Positions 9,150 to 19,448 are shown, counted from the first letter of the stretch. The stretch: 29,641 nucleotides of DNA from Roseibacillus sp. (GCA_965242925.1 CBDEUM010000003.1:1-29641), one strand, 5' to 3'. Numbers and translations: made by a program. The notes: generated by a model not told the origin, from the letters alone.

Positions 9150-9455
9150 CAGTGCCCTGCGGGAAAGTTAAGAAGTCCTAATCGGCCAGGCAAGTGCCGA
9201 AGGGCAGTCTTTCATGCTGCCCATAGCCGGTCCGGGGCTTTGCTGGGGCCTGCCCGACTGGGTGGCCATCACCAAAAGTCTGGGCAAGTCTTTCGGGGGA
9301 ATTCCCCCATAAGACGTTGCCTGACCTTCTCCTGCCCCTTTCTTCTGCCCGGGGACGCGGAGGGAATTGAAGGAAAAGAAATTCGGCGCGATTTCAGTCT
9401 TCCGGGTGAGTAATGGCATCCCTGGTCCAGGGGCGTGCCCGTCGCGCGAATGTCC

Positions 9456-11309
9456 CTACTCTCCGTCTCCCCGGTCTACATCCTCCCGCAGGTTGTTGAT
9501 GATATACTCCTGACGGTGGGGGGTGTTCTTGCCCATGTAGAAGGAAAGCATCTCACTGAGGCCCCTTCCCTCCTCCATAAGAACCGGATCAAGGCGCATC
9601 TCGGCTCCGATCATGAACTTGAATTCATGTGAGGAGATTTCCCCCAGGCCCTTAAACCGGGTAATTTCCGAATTCTTTCCCAGCAATTGGAGAGCGGCCT
9701 CCTTCTCCTGCTCGTCAAAGCAGTAATCGGTCTGCTTCTTAGTCCGAACCCGGAAGAGAGGGGTCTGAAGAATGTAGAGATGCCCCTCCCGAATAAGCTC
9801 GGGAAAAAACTGCAGGAAGAAGGTGAGGAGAAGGAGGCGGATGTGCATCCCATCGACATCCGCGTCAGTAGCGAGGATCACTTTGTTGTAACGAAGGTTC
9901 TCAATGCCCTCCTCGATGCCCAACGCCGCCTGCAGCAGAGCAAATTCCTCGTTCTCATAAACGACCTTGCGACTCAGGCCGAAGGAATTGAGAGGCTTGC
10001 CCCGAAGGGAAAAGACAGCCTGGGTTTCCGCATCGCGGCAGGAGGTGATCGAACCACTCGCGCTATCGCCCTCCGTAATGAAGACGGTGCTACGGGCCCG
10101 CCTCTTGTGCTTCGTATTCCAGTGGGCCCGGCAGTCTCTAAGTTTCTTGTTGTGCAACTTGGCCTGTCTGGCGCGATCGCGGGCCATCTTTTTGACCCCC
10201 TTCAATTCCTTCCGCTCACGCTCGGAGGCCAGGATACGTTTCTGTATGGCCTCGGCTGTCTCGGGATGCTTGTGAAGGTAATTGTCGAGTTGCTCGCGGA
10301 GAAAATTTCCAACATAGGTCCGGATGGTCTCTCCTTCCGGTTTCATGGCGGAGTTCCCCAGTTTCGTTTTGGTCTGACTCTCGAAGACAGGTTCCTCGAT
10401 GCGAAGGGAAACGGCCGCCTCCAGGCCGGCCCGGATATCAGCAGGATCGTATTGTTTCTTATAGAACTCGCGGAGAACCTTCACGATGGCTTCGCGGAAG
10501 GCGCCAAGATGGGTGCCTCCCTGAGTGGTGTGCTGTCCATTGACGAAGGAATAGTAGTCCTCGCTGCTTGATGGTGTGTGCACGAAGGCCACATCAATAT
10601 CCTTTCCCGAGAGAGCGATCGGTTCGTAGAGCGACGGCCCCTCCATTTCCTCCTTGAGAAGATCGAGCAGGCCGTTTTTGGAACGGAATTTCTGCTTGTT
10701 GAAAACCAGGGTGAGGCCCGGGTTGAGGTAGGCGTAGTAGCGGCACATGCGCTCCACGATGGAAGATTTGAAGGTCGTCTTGGCAGGAAAGATTTCACGG
10801 TCGATCTCAAAGGCCAGACGAGTGCCTGGCTTGATCTTGGAGGCCGACCGGGGACGCTTCATCTCCTCGCAAACTTCACCTCGGCTGAACTCAATCGCCT
10901 TGGTCTTTCCCTCCCGCCACGCCTGAATTTCAAAGAATTCGCTCAGGGCATTGACTGCCTTGATGCCCACCCCGTTGAGTCCGACGGCCTTCTTGAAAGC
11001 TTCGCTGTCATACTTCGCGCCCGTATTGATCTTGGCAGCGCAGTCCATGAGTTTGCCCAGAGGAATACCTCGTCCATAGTCGCGCACCTCCACCCGACCC
11101 TCAGCGTCAATCTCGATGCGGATTTCCCTGCCGTGCCCCATCACGAATTCATCCACCGCATTGTCGACGACCTCCTTCAGCAGGAGGTAGATGCCATCGT
11201 CCTGCACTGTGCCGTCACCAAGCTTTCCGATGTACATGCCCGGGCGGAGGCGAATATGCTCCCGCCAGTTGAGGGTCTTGATGTCTTCTTCGGTATAACT
11301 CGCTGACAT
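9456..11309 (-). CDS. parE: DNA topoisomerase IV subunit B
   Basis: [50 protein letters not shown] and RFKGLGE motifs; 617 aa; lies upstream of parC. Confidence 0.92.
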   Translation of the reverse strand: MSASYTEEDIKTLNWREHIRLRPGMYIGKLGDGTVQDDGIYLLLKEVVDNAVDEFVMGHGREIRIEIDAEGRVEVRDYGRGIPLGKLMDCAAKINTGAKYDSEAFKKAVGLNGVGIKAVNALSEFFEIQAWREGKTKAIEFSRGEVCEEMKRPRSASKIKPGTRLAFEIDREIFPAKTTFKSSIVERMCRYYAYLNPGLTLVFNKQKFRSKNGLLDLLKEEMEGPSLYEPIALSGKDIDVAFVHTPSSSEDYYSFVNGQHTTQGGTHLGAFREAIVKVLREFYKKQYDPADIRAGLEAAVSLRIEEPVFESQTKTKLGNSAMKPEGETIRTYVGNFLREQLDNYLHKHPETAEAIQKRILASERERKELKGVKKMARDRARQAKLHNKKLRDCRAHWNTKHKRRARSTVFITEGDSASGSITSCRDAETQAVFSLRGKPLNSFGLSRKVVYENEEFALLQAALGIEEGIENLRYNKVILATDADVDGMHIRLLLLTFFLQFFPELIREGHLYILQTPLFRVRTKKQTDYCFDEQEKEAALQLLGKNSEITRFKGLGEISSHEFKFMIGAEMRLDPVLMEEGRGLSEMLSFYMGKNTPHRQEYIINNLREDVDRGDGE

Positions 11310-11446
11310 GCCGATGACGTTTAATATTTCTTAACTAAAGTGGCGAGGTCAAGCATGCAAGCGCCGCACGCAAAGCCCCCCCGACACGCCCAGGGGAGAG
11401 ATGGATCTCCTTCTTTCAAAGCCGCTGAAGCTGTCCCGGTTGGAAT

Positions 11447-13990
11447 CTAGGGCTTCCGGATTCGGTAATACTGGGAACTCTCCTGGACAATAAAGAGGTC
11501 TGACACCACGAAACGGTGAACACCCGGCGAAACCTCTGTTCCGGTATCGGCGGTAAGGATTTCAAAGGGGAACCAGGGGTTTGTCCGACCCAGGTCGAGA
11601 CTGACGTCGAGACAGTAGATTGCGCCCGGTGCCATCCCTGAGACCTCAAGGGTGATTTCCTGCGTGCTTACATCGACATCAAAGCCGGTTATATCAATGA
11701 CCCCGATCGGAACCGCCCCGTCGAAGTCCCCCCCATCCACGCGGGTCCCCGGAGAGAAAAGGGTCCCCCCTGCTCCGTTGGCCGAGGAATGGGCCACCAG
11801 GGAACCGCTGCCATCCGGGTCCCGTGACATGGCCTGATCCAGAACCGAACCGTCATAGCTCATCTCCAGGAGATTGCTCCCCCCGCCCGGGGTTTTCAGG
11901 GAAATGGTATCACCACTGTTGTTAAGTCCGAGAAAGCCGGTGCTGGCTGTCTGGACCAGTGACCCGCCAAAGGATCCCGCAGGCGTTCCGCCACCGAACA
12001 CCACGATTGCACGTCCGGCCGCCAGCAGGGTTCCCGCGGAGAAGACGTGCCGCAGGCCCACCCCGTCGTGAATCTCATAGCCGCTGAGATCGAAAGGGTC
12101 ATCGGAGACATTCAGAAGTTCGATGAACTCATCCTGTGAAAAGTCGAGCGTTCCGTCGCGGTTGGCATCCCCTCCGGGATTAGGCGGATCGGAGAGGAAT
12201 TCGTTGATGACCAGAGACGAAAAGGGGCCATCCCCGTCATCTTCCACTTCGAAGGTGGCTGCTGCGGTGCCATACCCGGGGGCGATGGCACGCACCTGCA
12301 CGGATTGGACTCCATCCTGAGCAATGTCATCTTCCGCATTGATCGTGAACGTCAACGAACTCTCTCCCGGGTCGAAGGTGGCGCGGTCTCCCACGTCCGC
12401 TAGGGCTTCAGTCGGATCGTTGATCCGGATCAGGACGTCCAGCTGTCCACTCAGGTCACCCGTTCGTCGCAGGAGCGCAGTAATTGATCCTCCATTCTCG
12501 TTCATGCTGTTTGCACTGAGACTGAAACTGAGCTCGCCGAGGGGCGGACAAAACTCGGTGCCATCCGCTCTCGTTCCGGGCGAAAAGAGCCTTCCCCCCG
12601 CACCCGCGGCGCTGCCATGTTGAACAAAGGGGCCGGTGACATCCACGTCACGCGTCAGAGATTGGTCATTGCCTCCCTCCCCCCCGTAGCTGACCGAGGC
12701 GACCGTCTCACCCAGAGAGTCAAGAACAGTCACGGTGTCACCGGCATTGTTCAGGCCAAGTCGAATGCTGCTGACCACCTGAAAGATTGCGGACCCCCCC
12801 AGATTGTCAATCGATCCGCCCCCGAAGACCACGATCGCACAGTCCGCCGGAAGGATTGTGTCCGCGGGAAAGATATGTCGCTGTTCGACTCCGTCGTGCA
12901 AGGACCAGCCGCTCATATCGAGAGCGATTCCACTCTTGTTCACGATCTCGACAAACTCGTCGTCACCACTGTCAGTGTCTCCATCCTCGTTGGCGTCACC
13001 CGCCTCCCCGGAGGGTATATCGGCCAGAATCTCGTTGATCATGATCGGGGAGAAGTCCCCGTCGTCCGTCACGTTCAACTCCGCCACTCCCTCGGAAAAT
13101 CCGGTGGCAGACGCCGTGATGATCACCGATTGGGTTCCGTCCTCAATCAGGTCGTCCACCGCATCGATCGACATTGCAAAAGTGGCGGAGGCCTGGCCGG
13201 CCGGAATTTCCCGATCCGGATCAGGGATTACCGCTTCGCTGAAATCACTGGACTCAAGTGTCAGCGCCAGAACGCTGTCGGTGGATCCGGTACGGGTGAC
13301 GGTGACGTCCACCAGATCCACTCCACCATCTTCAGGGATCGTGCCTGGGTTCAGGGAGACGGTCAGCGACTCGCTGGCGGTGGCCGCGAAGCTCTGCAGA
13401 TACCAGGCATCGTCGGGTGCCGCGTTATCAACATCACTATTGCTTCTTTCTCCCCACACGATCGGGAAATCGAGCACGGTAGACCCGCCAATGGTGTCGT
13501 AACCCTTGCCCGGACCCAGTCGATAGAAGCTCTTGTTCGCTCCCTCGTTTCCCGAATCCGTAAAGGAAACCGCATCCGCGATGGCGGCATGACTCCCGAT
13601 CGCCCCCTTCGATGTATCGTAAAGCACCACACTATCGTCGCCATTGAAATTGGGTGTAGCGTTGGTAGCAACATCAGCGGTGGCGTAAGCGGGAAGGGCC
13701 GCACCGGTATTGGCCAGCAGAAGGTAGCCATTGGCAGGAATGGAGAGTCCCTCGAGGTCATCCTGGTATCGCGGACTGGCCCCATCCTGCTTCCATTCCT
13801 CGGTCGCCGCATTGGCCCATCTCGTCAGGACGAATCCGTCAAGGGAGACGGGCACCGCATCGGTGTTACTGAGTTCGATCCACTTGTTGAAGCTCGCTCC
13901 CTCGTAGTACTGGGAGATCAGGACTTCCCCCGAGGCATGGAGGGAGAGAGCGGCGGCGAGCACGGAAAGGAGATAGAGACGGAAGGCCAT
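11447..13990 (-). CDS. Secreted lamin-tail-domain (3x LTD) protein with two Ig/Calx-beta-like domains
   Basis: Signal peptide, then LTD starts LISQYYEG..NKWIEL, INEILAD..DEFVEIVN and INEFLSD..DEFIELLN, with LNNxGDT and FSPG motifs. Ig-like segments contain VTVTRTG and IDAVDDLIEDG. Confidence 0.88.
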   Translation of the reverse strand: MAFRLYLLSVLAAALSLHASGEVLISQYYEGASFNKWIELSNTDAVPVSLDGFVLTRWANAATEEWKQDGASPRYQDDLEGLSIPANGYLLLANTGAALPAYATADVATNATPNFNGDDSVVLYDTSKGAIGSHAAIADAVSFTDSGNEGANKSFYRLGPGKGYDTIGGSTVLDFPIVWGERSNSDVDNAAPDDAWYLQSFAATASESLTVSLNPGTIPEDGGVDLVDVTVTRTGSTDSVLALTLESSDFSEAVIPDPDREIPAGQASATFAMSIDAVDDLIEDGTQSVIITASATGFSEGVAELNVTDDGDFSPIMINEILADIPSGEAGDANEDGDTDSGDDEFVEIVNKSGIALDMSGWSLHDGVEQRHIFPADTILPADCAIVVFGGGSIDNLGGSAIFQVVSSIRLGLNNAGDTVTVLDSLGETVASVSYGGEGGNDQSLTRDVDVTGPFVQHGSAAGAGGRLFSPGTRADGTEFCPPLGELSFSLSANSMNENGGSITALLRRTGDLSGQLDVLIRINDPTEALADVGDRATFDPGESSLTFTINAEDDIAQDGVQSVQVRAIAPGYGTAAATFEVEDDGDGPFSSLVINEFLSDPPNPGGDANRDGTLDFSQDEFIELLNVSDDPFDLSGYEIHDGVGLRHVFSAGTLLAAGRAIVVFGGGTPAGSFGGSLVQTASTGFLGLNNSGDTISLKTPGGGSNLLEMSYDGSVLDQAMSRDPDGSGSLVAHSSANGAGGTLFSPGTRVDGGDFDGAVPIGVIDITGFDVDVSTQEITLEVSGMAPGAIYCLDVSLDLGRTNPWFPFEILTADTGTEVSPGVHRFVVSDLFIVQESSQYYRIRKP
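11720..13372 (-). repeat. Intragenic tandem duplication of an Ig-like + LTD module (~275 aa x2)
   Basis: Paired motifs: AVDDLIEDGTQSV/AEDDIAQDGVQSV, GDANEDG/GDANRDG, RHIF/RHVF, LGLNNAGDTV/LGLNNSGDTI, GAGGRLFSPGTRADG/GAGGTLFSPGTRVDG. Boundaries are approximate. Confidence 0.85.
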
Positions 13991-14130
13991 GGCGGGCGGG
14001 AAGCACTGGGCTTCGGCCGTATCCTTAAACGAGGGGCGGCAAAGCAGTCAAGCAGCCCCGCGCCGTATCTTCCTCCAAATTCCTTGAGATGCGGTGAAGG
14101 TGAAGCAACCCGTGCTGTCCCTTACCCGTC

Positions 14131-14158
14131 AAACGAAAGGGACCCCCGGAGGGCCCCT
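14131..14158 (-). terminator. Intrinsic terminator after the M15 peptidase gene
   Basis: Minus strand reads AGGGGCCC-TCCGG-GGGTCCCT followed by TTCGTTT, 30 bp past the stop codon. Confidence 0.65.
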
Positions 14159-14188
14159 CTTCGATTCCACAGGCGGAAATACCGATCC

Positions 14189-14827
14189 TTACCAATCCAC
14201 GTTGTAACCGCGGGTATCGACGTGGGTGAAGCGCTCGTAGCGCCCCACTCCTCCACGGAATTTCCCTTCCTCGCGAATATTGCGGGCTGCGCGTGCAACA
14301 GCGTAAGTAGAGGCATGGAAACTGAGATCCAGCGCAAAGTTCTGCTTGTGGCAGGAGTTCGGCTTCGCGCCCGGGCACCGAGCGTTATAGGATGGACTGC
14401 GGAAGGCGGAGGTCACAAGTTTCACCGAAGTTCCAAGGCGAACCGAGATCTCGTCCACAACTCTGAGCGTTTCGCTTATATGGCGCCAGTCCTCGCGCAC
14501 CGGGAGTGTGTTCCAGACGCTTCCTTTCTTCTTGGCATGCGACAAAACCACTTGCTGTACGCTTATATGTTTCAGGCGCAGGGCCGAGATGTAGCGGGCG
14601 TATGCATGCAGTTCCCCTCCCTGGCGACGGACCCATTCCTCCGGAAGCTCATCGATGTCGAGATTCGCGCTCCCGCTGAAGAGGGACAGCGCCTCCGTCG
14701 GGGTTGTGGCGGCAAACAGGCCGCTGGCGGTCAGGAGCGAGTTTCTCAGGAAAGAACGTCGACTCGCAGAAGCAAATTTACCGGTTGGAAGAAAGTCGCC
14801 GCTCCGGCGCAGGGGCTGACAAGGCAT
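14189..14827 (-). CDS. Tat-exported peptidase M15 (YcbK/MepK-like Zn peptidoglycan peptidase)
   Basis: Twin-arginine SRRSFLR plus h-region; SAFRSPSYN, NSCH-x6-D (HKQNFALD) and THVDTRG motifs. ATG 14827 chosen; the ORF is open to 14842. Confidence 0.88.
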   Translation of the reverse strand: MPCQPLRRSGDFLPTGKFASASRRSFLRNSLLTASGLFAATTPTEALSLFSGSANLDIDELPEEWVRRQGGELHAYARYISALRLKHISVQQVVLSHAKKKGSVWNTLPVREDWRHISETLRVVDEISVRLGTSVKLVTSAFRSPSYNARCPGAKPNSCHKQNFALDLSFHASTYAVARAARNIREEGKFRGGVGRYERFTHVDTRGYNVDW

Positions 14828-15147
14828 CGGCGATACTGTCAAATATCCAGAGGATGATGACCAGTCTAAAATGGTTCGTCAGCCCCGGAGAATAGCAGGG
14901 ATCACCTGCACGTCCCTTCCGCTGAGTATTAATTTTAATCTTACATCCCTGTAGTCCGGATCAGGCGGCGAAGTCACCTCCCTCATTGTAAAATTAAGGT
15001 CCGGGAGTCCCATTAGTTTGAAAAATAATTCAGACAGTCAATCTATCCGAATCGGGTGCCTTTTGGGGTTCCTTCCATGAGATTTTCACCTCATTGAGGC
15101 CGCAGCCCTTGCCAGAGTCCGCCCAACAGCCTGTCCTTCCCTCCTCC

Positions 15148-16749
15148 ATGGAAGACAGTCCTGAGCGCCGGCGCACCCCAAAACTGATTCTGGCCGGTCT
15201 CTCACTTCTGCTGAGCGGCGGCGCCCTTGCTCTTCCCGACACCATTCGGCCCTTGTGGCCAGCCCTTGTGGCCCTCGCCCTGGTCTTTACGACCCGACAG
15301 GCTCCCCTGTCCCTTGCCACCGCCTGTCTGAGCGCCCTGTTTCTCCTCTCTTTCAAGGACTGGTCATCGTTTTTGGAATGGTTCGGTTGGAGCGGAGGCC
15401 TGTGGCGAACTCTCTCCAGTCCATGGCACTTCTACGCACTCCTGTTCACCTTGCTGCTGGGAGCCCTCGCAGCGGTTGTTGAAAGCTCCGGAGGGCTCCT
15501 CCGGTTGTTGCATGCCACAGGGGAAATCACGGACCGCACCCGACAACGATTCCTCTCCAGTGTCCTTGGTCTCGGGCTCCTCTGCTTCTTCGACGGACTG
15601 GCCAACGCCCTCATGCTCGGAAGAGTGGCTCGCCCGGTGGCGGATCGTCTCCGGATTCCGCGCGCCTACCTTTCCTACCTCGTGGACACAACAAGTTCCG
15701 CCGTGGCCTGTCTTGCCTTTCTGTCTACCTGGATCGTGACCCAGCTTGGCTACATTGCACATCACAGTCCCCTGCAGGAACCGGCTTACCTCCAGTTCCT
15801 CTCCTCCATTCCCCATAACTTCTACTGCCTGTTCGGTCTCTTTCTCGCCTTCCTCTCGGTTCGTAATCGGTGGCTGATAGGTCCCATGCGATCCTGCAAC
15901 CCGATCCATCAGGAAACTTCCCCGGCATCCCCCGCTCCCGAGAAACGCGGAAGACTGTCGAGCTGCCTCACTCCGATCTTCGTCCTTATCGCAACCCTGC
16001 CGCTTGCGATCATCCTGCTTCATCGCCCAGAGGTTGATGTTCCCCTTGCCGAGCGCATCCAGCAATCGCTCAACGCACCCACTGTTCCCTTGGCCTTTGT
16101 GATCGCAAGCTCCCTCGGCCTCCTCACAGCTTTCATCGTCTTTCCTGCTGACCGCCGGCAGGAACTTCCACGGGTGGCTTTGGGGGGCGCTCTGCAGCTG
16201 ATCCCTGCCCTCGGCATCCTTCTGCTGGCATGGATTCTCGGCAGCCTTTTCGAGACCCTGGAAACCGCTCATGTTCTTAGTCGCGCCCTTGGCGGCTGGC
16301 TTCCCCTTGCGGCCCTCCCAGCAGGCGTATTTGTCGCCGGCTGCGGCGTCTCCTTCATCTCGGGCACGTCCTGGGGCACGATGGGCCTCCTCATGCCCCT
16401 TGTCCTGCCTCTCTCCGGCACGATGGCCGCCGAGCAGGCAATTGCCCCGGAGGTTCTCGCCGCCATTGTGCCCGCAGTGATCGGGGCCGTCTTTGGAGGT
16501 GCGGTCTTCGGGGACCACTGCAGCCCTTATAGTGACACCACCATTGTAAGCGCTCTGGCCACCGGGGTCTCCACCCATGAGCACACGATCACGCAGTTGC
16601 CATACGCCCTGGTTACCGCCGGAGCAGCTCTCGGGCTCGGTTATTTCCCGGTTGCACTGGGGGTTCCCGGCTGGCTGGCCACTCTCTCAGGGGGCGGTAT
16701 CCTCACCGCTCTGGTCCTTTTCTGGGTTCGCCGCAGCCGGGTCTCCTGA
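15148..16749 (+). CDS. NhaC-family Na+/H+ antiporter or solute transporter
   Basis: Multi-TM protein with SFISGTSWGTMG, GAVFGDHCSPYSDTT, HTITQLPYA and LSYLVDTTSS. ATG 15148 is preferred over TTG 15094. Confidence 0.9.
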   Translation: MEDSPERRRTPKLILAGLSLLLSGGALALPDTIRPLWPALVALALVFTTRQAPLSLATACLSALFLLSFKDWSSFLEWFGWSGGLWRTLSSPWHFYALLFTLLLGALAAVVESSGGLLRLLHATGEITDRTRQRFLSSVLGLGLLCFFDGLANALMLGRVARPVADRLRIPRAYLSYLVDTTSSAVACLAFLSTWIVTQLGYIAHHSPLQEPAYLQFLSSIPHNFYCLFGLFLAFLSVRNRWLIGPMRSCNPIHQETSPASPAPEKRGRLSSCLTPIFVLIATLPLAIILLHRPEVDVPLAERIQQSLNAPTVPLAFVIASSLGLLTAFIVFPADRRQELPRVALGGALQLIPALGILLLAWILGSLFETLETAHVLSRALGGWLPLAALPAGVFVAGCGVSFISGTSWGTMGLLMPLVLPLSGTMAAEQAIAPEVLAAIVPAVIGAVFGGAVFGDHCSPYSDTTIVSALATGVSTHEHTITQLPYALVTAGAALGLGYFPVALGVPGWLATLSGGGILTALVLFWVRRSRVS

Positions 16750-16760
16750 GTTCCTTGCTC

Positions 16761-17594
16761 CTATTCCTCTTCGTCGATCACGATGGAGGTGGGATCCCAG
16801 TCAATCTCCGGATAGTTCATGTCGAGAGATTTCAAGGTATCGACCATGATCCGGGCCACACAGAGATTGCGATACCACTTGTGGTCGGCCGGGATGACAT
16901 ACCAGGGTGCGCAGCTGGTGGAGGTCCGTTCTATGAGATCCTCGTAGCAGCGCATGAACTCCTCCCACCGCTGGCGATCTCTCAGGTCGTCAGGGTTGAA
17001 CTTCCAGTGCTTGGATGGGTTTTTCAGGCGCGCTTCCAGGCGGCGCTTCTGCTCCCCTTTGGAGATGTGGAGGAAAAACTTCAGGATGACCGTCCCTTCC
17101 TCCGCCAGCATTCGCTCGAAATCGATGATATGCCGGTAGCGCCGTTCCCACACCTTTTCGGGAAGGATTTTTTTCACCCTTACCGCGATGACGTCTTCGT
17201 AGTGGCTGCGATTGAAGATCGTGATCTTGCCGTTGCGGGGGACGTGCTGGTGCACGCGCCAGAGAAAGTCCCGGGCGAGTTCCGCCTGAGTAGGTTTTTT
17301 GAAGGATTTCACGTTGATCCCCTGAGGATCGACCCGTGAAAAGACATGTTTGACGCAGCCATCCTTCCCCCCCGTGTCCATGGCCTGGATCACCACGAGC
17401 ACCCGGCGTTTGTCTTCCGCGTAGAGAACCTTCTGAAGCGACTGCAACTGTTCGCGTAATTGATCGAAATATGGCAGGTGTTCTTCCTTCCCTCCCTCCA
17501 GGAAAAGGGCCTTCTCATCCTGATCGATGTTGTCGAGAGAAAGTTTCGCTCCCTCGGGGATCAAATACCGTTCAAGCGCTCCACGGGCTGGCAT
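16761..17594 (-). CDS. ppk2: Polyphosphate kinase 2 family protein, probably class III
   Basis: QAMDTGGKDG, SFKKPT..EL..DFLWR, FNRSHYEDV, KFFLHISK, KHWKF and PWYVIPADHKW. ATG 17594 gives 277 aa. Confidence 0.93.
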   Translation of the reverse strand: MPARGALERYLIPEGAKLSLDNIDQDEKALFLEGGKEEHLPYFDQLREQLQSLQKVLYAEDKRRVLVVIQAMDTGGKDGCVKHVFSRVDPQGINVKSFKKPTQAELARDFLWRVHQHVPRNGKITIFNRSHYEDVIAVRVKKILPEKVWERRYRHIIDFERMLAEEGTVILKFFLHISKGEQKRRLEARLKNPSKHWKFNPDDLRDRQRWEEFMRCYEDLIERTSTSCAPWYVIPADHKWYRNLCVARIMVDTLKSLDMNYPEIDWDPTSIVIDEEE

Positions 17595-17818
17595 GGTTCG
17601 GAAAGTGTGGAAGTTCGTCCGTATGCTGGCAAGCCCACAGGTCGACCGATGCAAATCGTTTTCCGGCCACGATGAAATTATCGCAATTCCCTGAGAATCA
17701 GCTGAAACTTTCCTCCCCCTCAAACTTCCCGGGGCAACCGTTCCCCGTTCTCCTTGTCCGGCCCCGTGGGCCTCTGTAAAATCACTCCTCCCCCCACTGA
17801 CCGTTCGCCCCTCCCCCA

Positions 17819-19369
17819 ATGGAATCCGCTCCCACTTCCGGTCCCGAACTCCAGGCCACTATTCACATAGGGGCCAGTGCGATCTCCATGCTACTGAGTC
17901 ATCCTGGCAACGAGGAGGGGATTCCTGGAGAGCAGATCGAATTCCTTGAGAAGCCGCTTCCCCTCGCCCGGGATATTTTTCGCCACGGCCGCATCAAGCG
18001 GTCCACCACCGAGCACGCGGTTGAAATCCTCCATGGTTTTGAAGAAGCGCTCCGCGAGACCGGAGCCGACCTTCGCCAGGTAACCCGCGCAGTCGTAAGC
18101 AATATTCTGGCCGAGGCCGAGAATAGAGAAACCTTTCTCAATCGACTCAAGATCGCCTGTAATCTCGGCCTTGAAATCCTCGACGACGGGGAGATGACCC
18201 GCCTCATCTACCTGAAAACTCAGAGACGGGTCCGCGACACCCCCAGCATGCAGAAGCGGAATACGCTGGTCGTCCATGTAGGCCCCGGCAACACCCGTGT
18301 TCTTCTCTTCCGCCAGGGCAACATCGATCGCTACACCAGTTATCGAATGGGTGCTCACCGTACCGCGGAGGCCGTAGAAGCCTCCCATTCCGACGGGGGC
18401 GCTCTCATACGGGTCATCCGCGAGCAGATCTCAGGACAAGTCAGCCAGATTTTCTACGATTATGAAAACGAGGGCGTTGAGAACCTGGTGGTCATCGGCT
18501 TCCAGATCCAGTATCTCGTCCCCTTCCTCTCCAAGGATCATGCCACGAAGATCACCCTCAAGTCCCTCCAGACCTTCGTCAGGGAATTGGCCGAGATTTC
18601 CGAAGAGGAATGCGTCCACCGTTACCAGTTCGATTACCATGCTGTTGATGCGGTCGTGCCCGCGCTCCTTGCAAATCTTGCCATCGCCGAGATCTTCGGA
18701 CTGAAGTCTCTGCGAATTCCTGACAGCGATTTCGAACGCGGACTTCTGACGGACCTTCCGCGCATCCCGACTCTGACCACCGGCTTTCATGACGAGGTTA
18801 TCCGCGCGGCACGAATCATCGGCGAAAGGTACAAGGTGGATATCAATCACGCCGACCAGGTCGCCAGACTGAGCGGCCAACTCTTCGAGCAAACCGCGAC
18901 CCTGCATAACCTTGAGAAGCGTGACGCCCTGCTTCTGGAGATCGCGGCGCTCCTTCATGAGTGCGGCGGGTATGTGAGCCCGCACTCCCACCACAAGCAC
19001 TCCCAGTATCTCATTCAGAACAGCGAGATCTTCGGGCTTTCCGGAACCGACGTGATGACTATTTCCCTGGTTGCAAGATATCATCGCCGTTCCGGACCTC
19101 GACTGCGCCATGCCGACTACCGGAATCTGTCTGCCGACGACCGGATCAGGGTCTCCAAGCTCGCAGCACTTCTACGGGTGGCCGATGCCCTGGAACGAGC
19201 GCACACTCAGCGAATCCGGGATTTCTCGGTCGAGATATCCAGGCACAAGATCCAGCTCAACCTCGAAGGGGTAAGCGATGCTGCCGTTGAACGGCTCGCC
19301 ATGCAGAGCAAGGGAGATCTCTTCCACGATGTCTTCGGCCTCGAAGTCGTCATTGCGGAAGCCCCCTAG
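17819..19369 (+). CDS. Ppx/GppA-family protein with C-terminal HD-like domain and degenerate active site
   Basis: Long-Ppx architecture (RLIY, HADQVARL, ALLHECG, HHKHS.YLI.NS, VARYHR, LRVADAL). The ASKHA motifs are altered to IHIGASA and VHVGPGNTR. Confidence 0.9.
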   Translation: MESAPTSGPELQATIHIGASAISMLLSHPGNEEGIPGEQIEFLEKPLPLARDIFRHGRIKRSTTEHAVEILHGFEEALRETGADLRQVTRAVVSNILAEAENRETFLNRLKIACNLGLEILDDGEMTRLIYLKTQRRVRDTPSMQKRNTLVVHVGPGNTRVLLFRQGNIDRYTSYRMGAHRTAEAVEASHSDGGALIRVIREQISGQVSQIFYDYENEGVENLVVIGFQIQYLVPFLSKDHATKITLKSLQTFVRELAEISEEECVHRYQFDYHAVDAVVPALLANLAIAEIFGLKSLRIPDSDFERGLLTDLPRIPTLTTGFHDEVIRAARIIGERYKVDINHADQVARLSGQLFEQTATLHNLEKRDALLLEIAALLHECGGYVSPHSHHKHSQYLIQNSEIFGLSGTDVMTISLVARYHRRSGPRLRHADYRNLSADDRIRVSKLAALLRVADALERAHTQRIRDFSVEISRHKIQLNLEGVSDAAVERLAMQSKGDLFHDVFGLEVVIAEAP

Positions 19370-19448
19370 AGAGATCATCATCCGTCCCGCCGGGATTGAA
19401 GGCGGCCTTCCAACCCTTCGTCTTCAGTCGCCAGATCTTCCTTCCGAT

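Noticed and set aside
7191..11309. Calling the topoisomerase pair gyrA/gyrB
   Set aside because: The short A subunit lacks a canonical GyrA-box and the motif variants fit topo IV better; phylogeny would confirm.
13991..14191. Possible readthrough fusion of the M15 peptidase and LTD genes (same frame)
   Set aside because: A further in-frame stop and a terminator lie in the spacer, and the LTD protein has its own signal peptide.
12617..14857. 746 aa plus-strand ORF
   Set aside because: Codon-aligned antisense shadow of the LTD and M15 genes, which share a frame register. It has no recognisable motifs and such shadows are common in GC-rich DNA.
15364..16584. 406 aa minus-strand ORF (likewise 22410-23585, 9687-10571, 23582-24421)
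   Set aside because: Antisense to well-supported genes; composition mirrors the sense codons.
17595..17819. 75 aa N-terminal extension of PPK2 in the ORF track
   Set aside because: TTG start that abuts the ppx-like start and would erase the divergent promoter region; ATG 17594 gives a normal PPK2 length.
19278..19448. N-terminal extension of PPK1 overlapping the ppx-like gene
   Set aside because: Family similarity begins at MPFINRELSW (ATG 19449).
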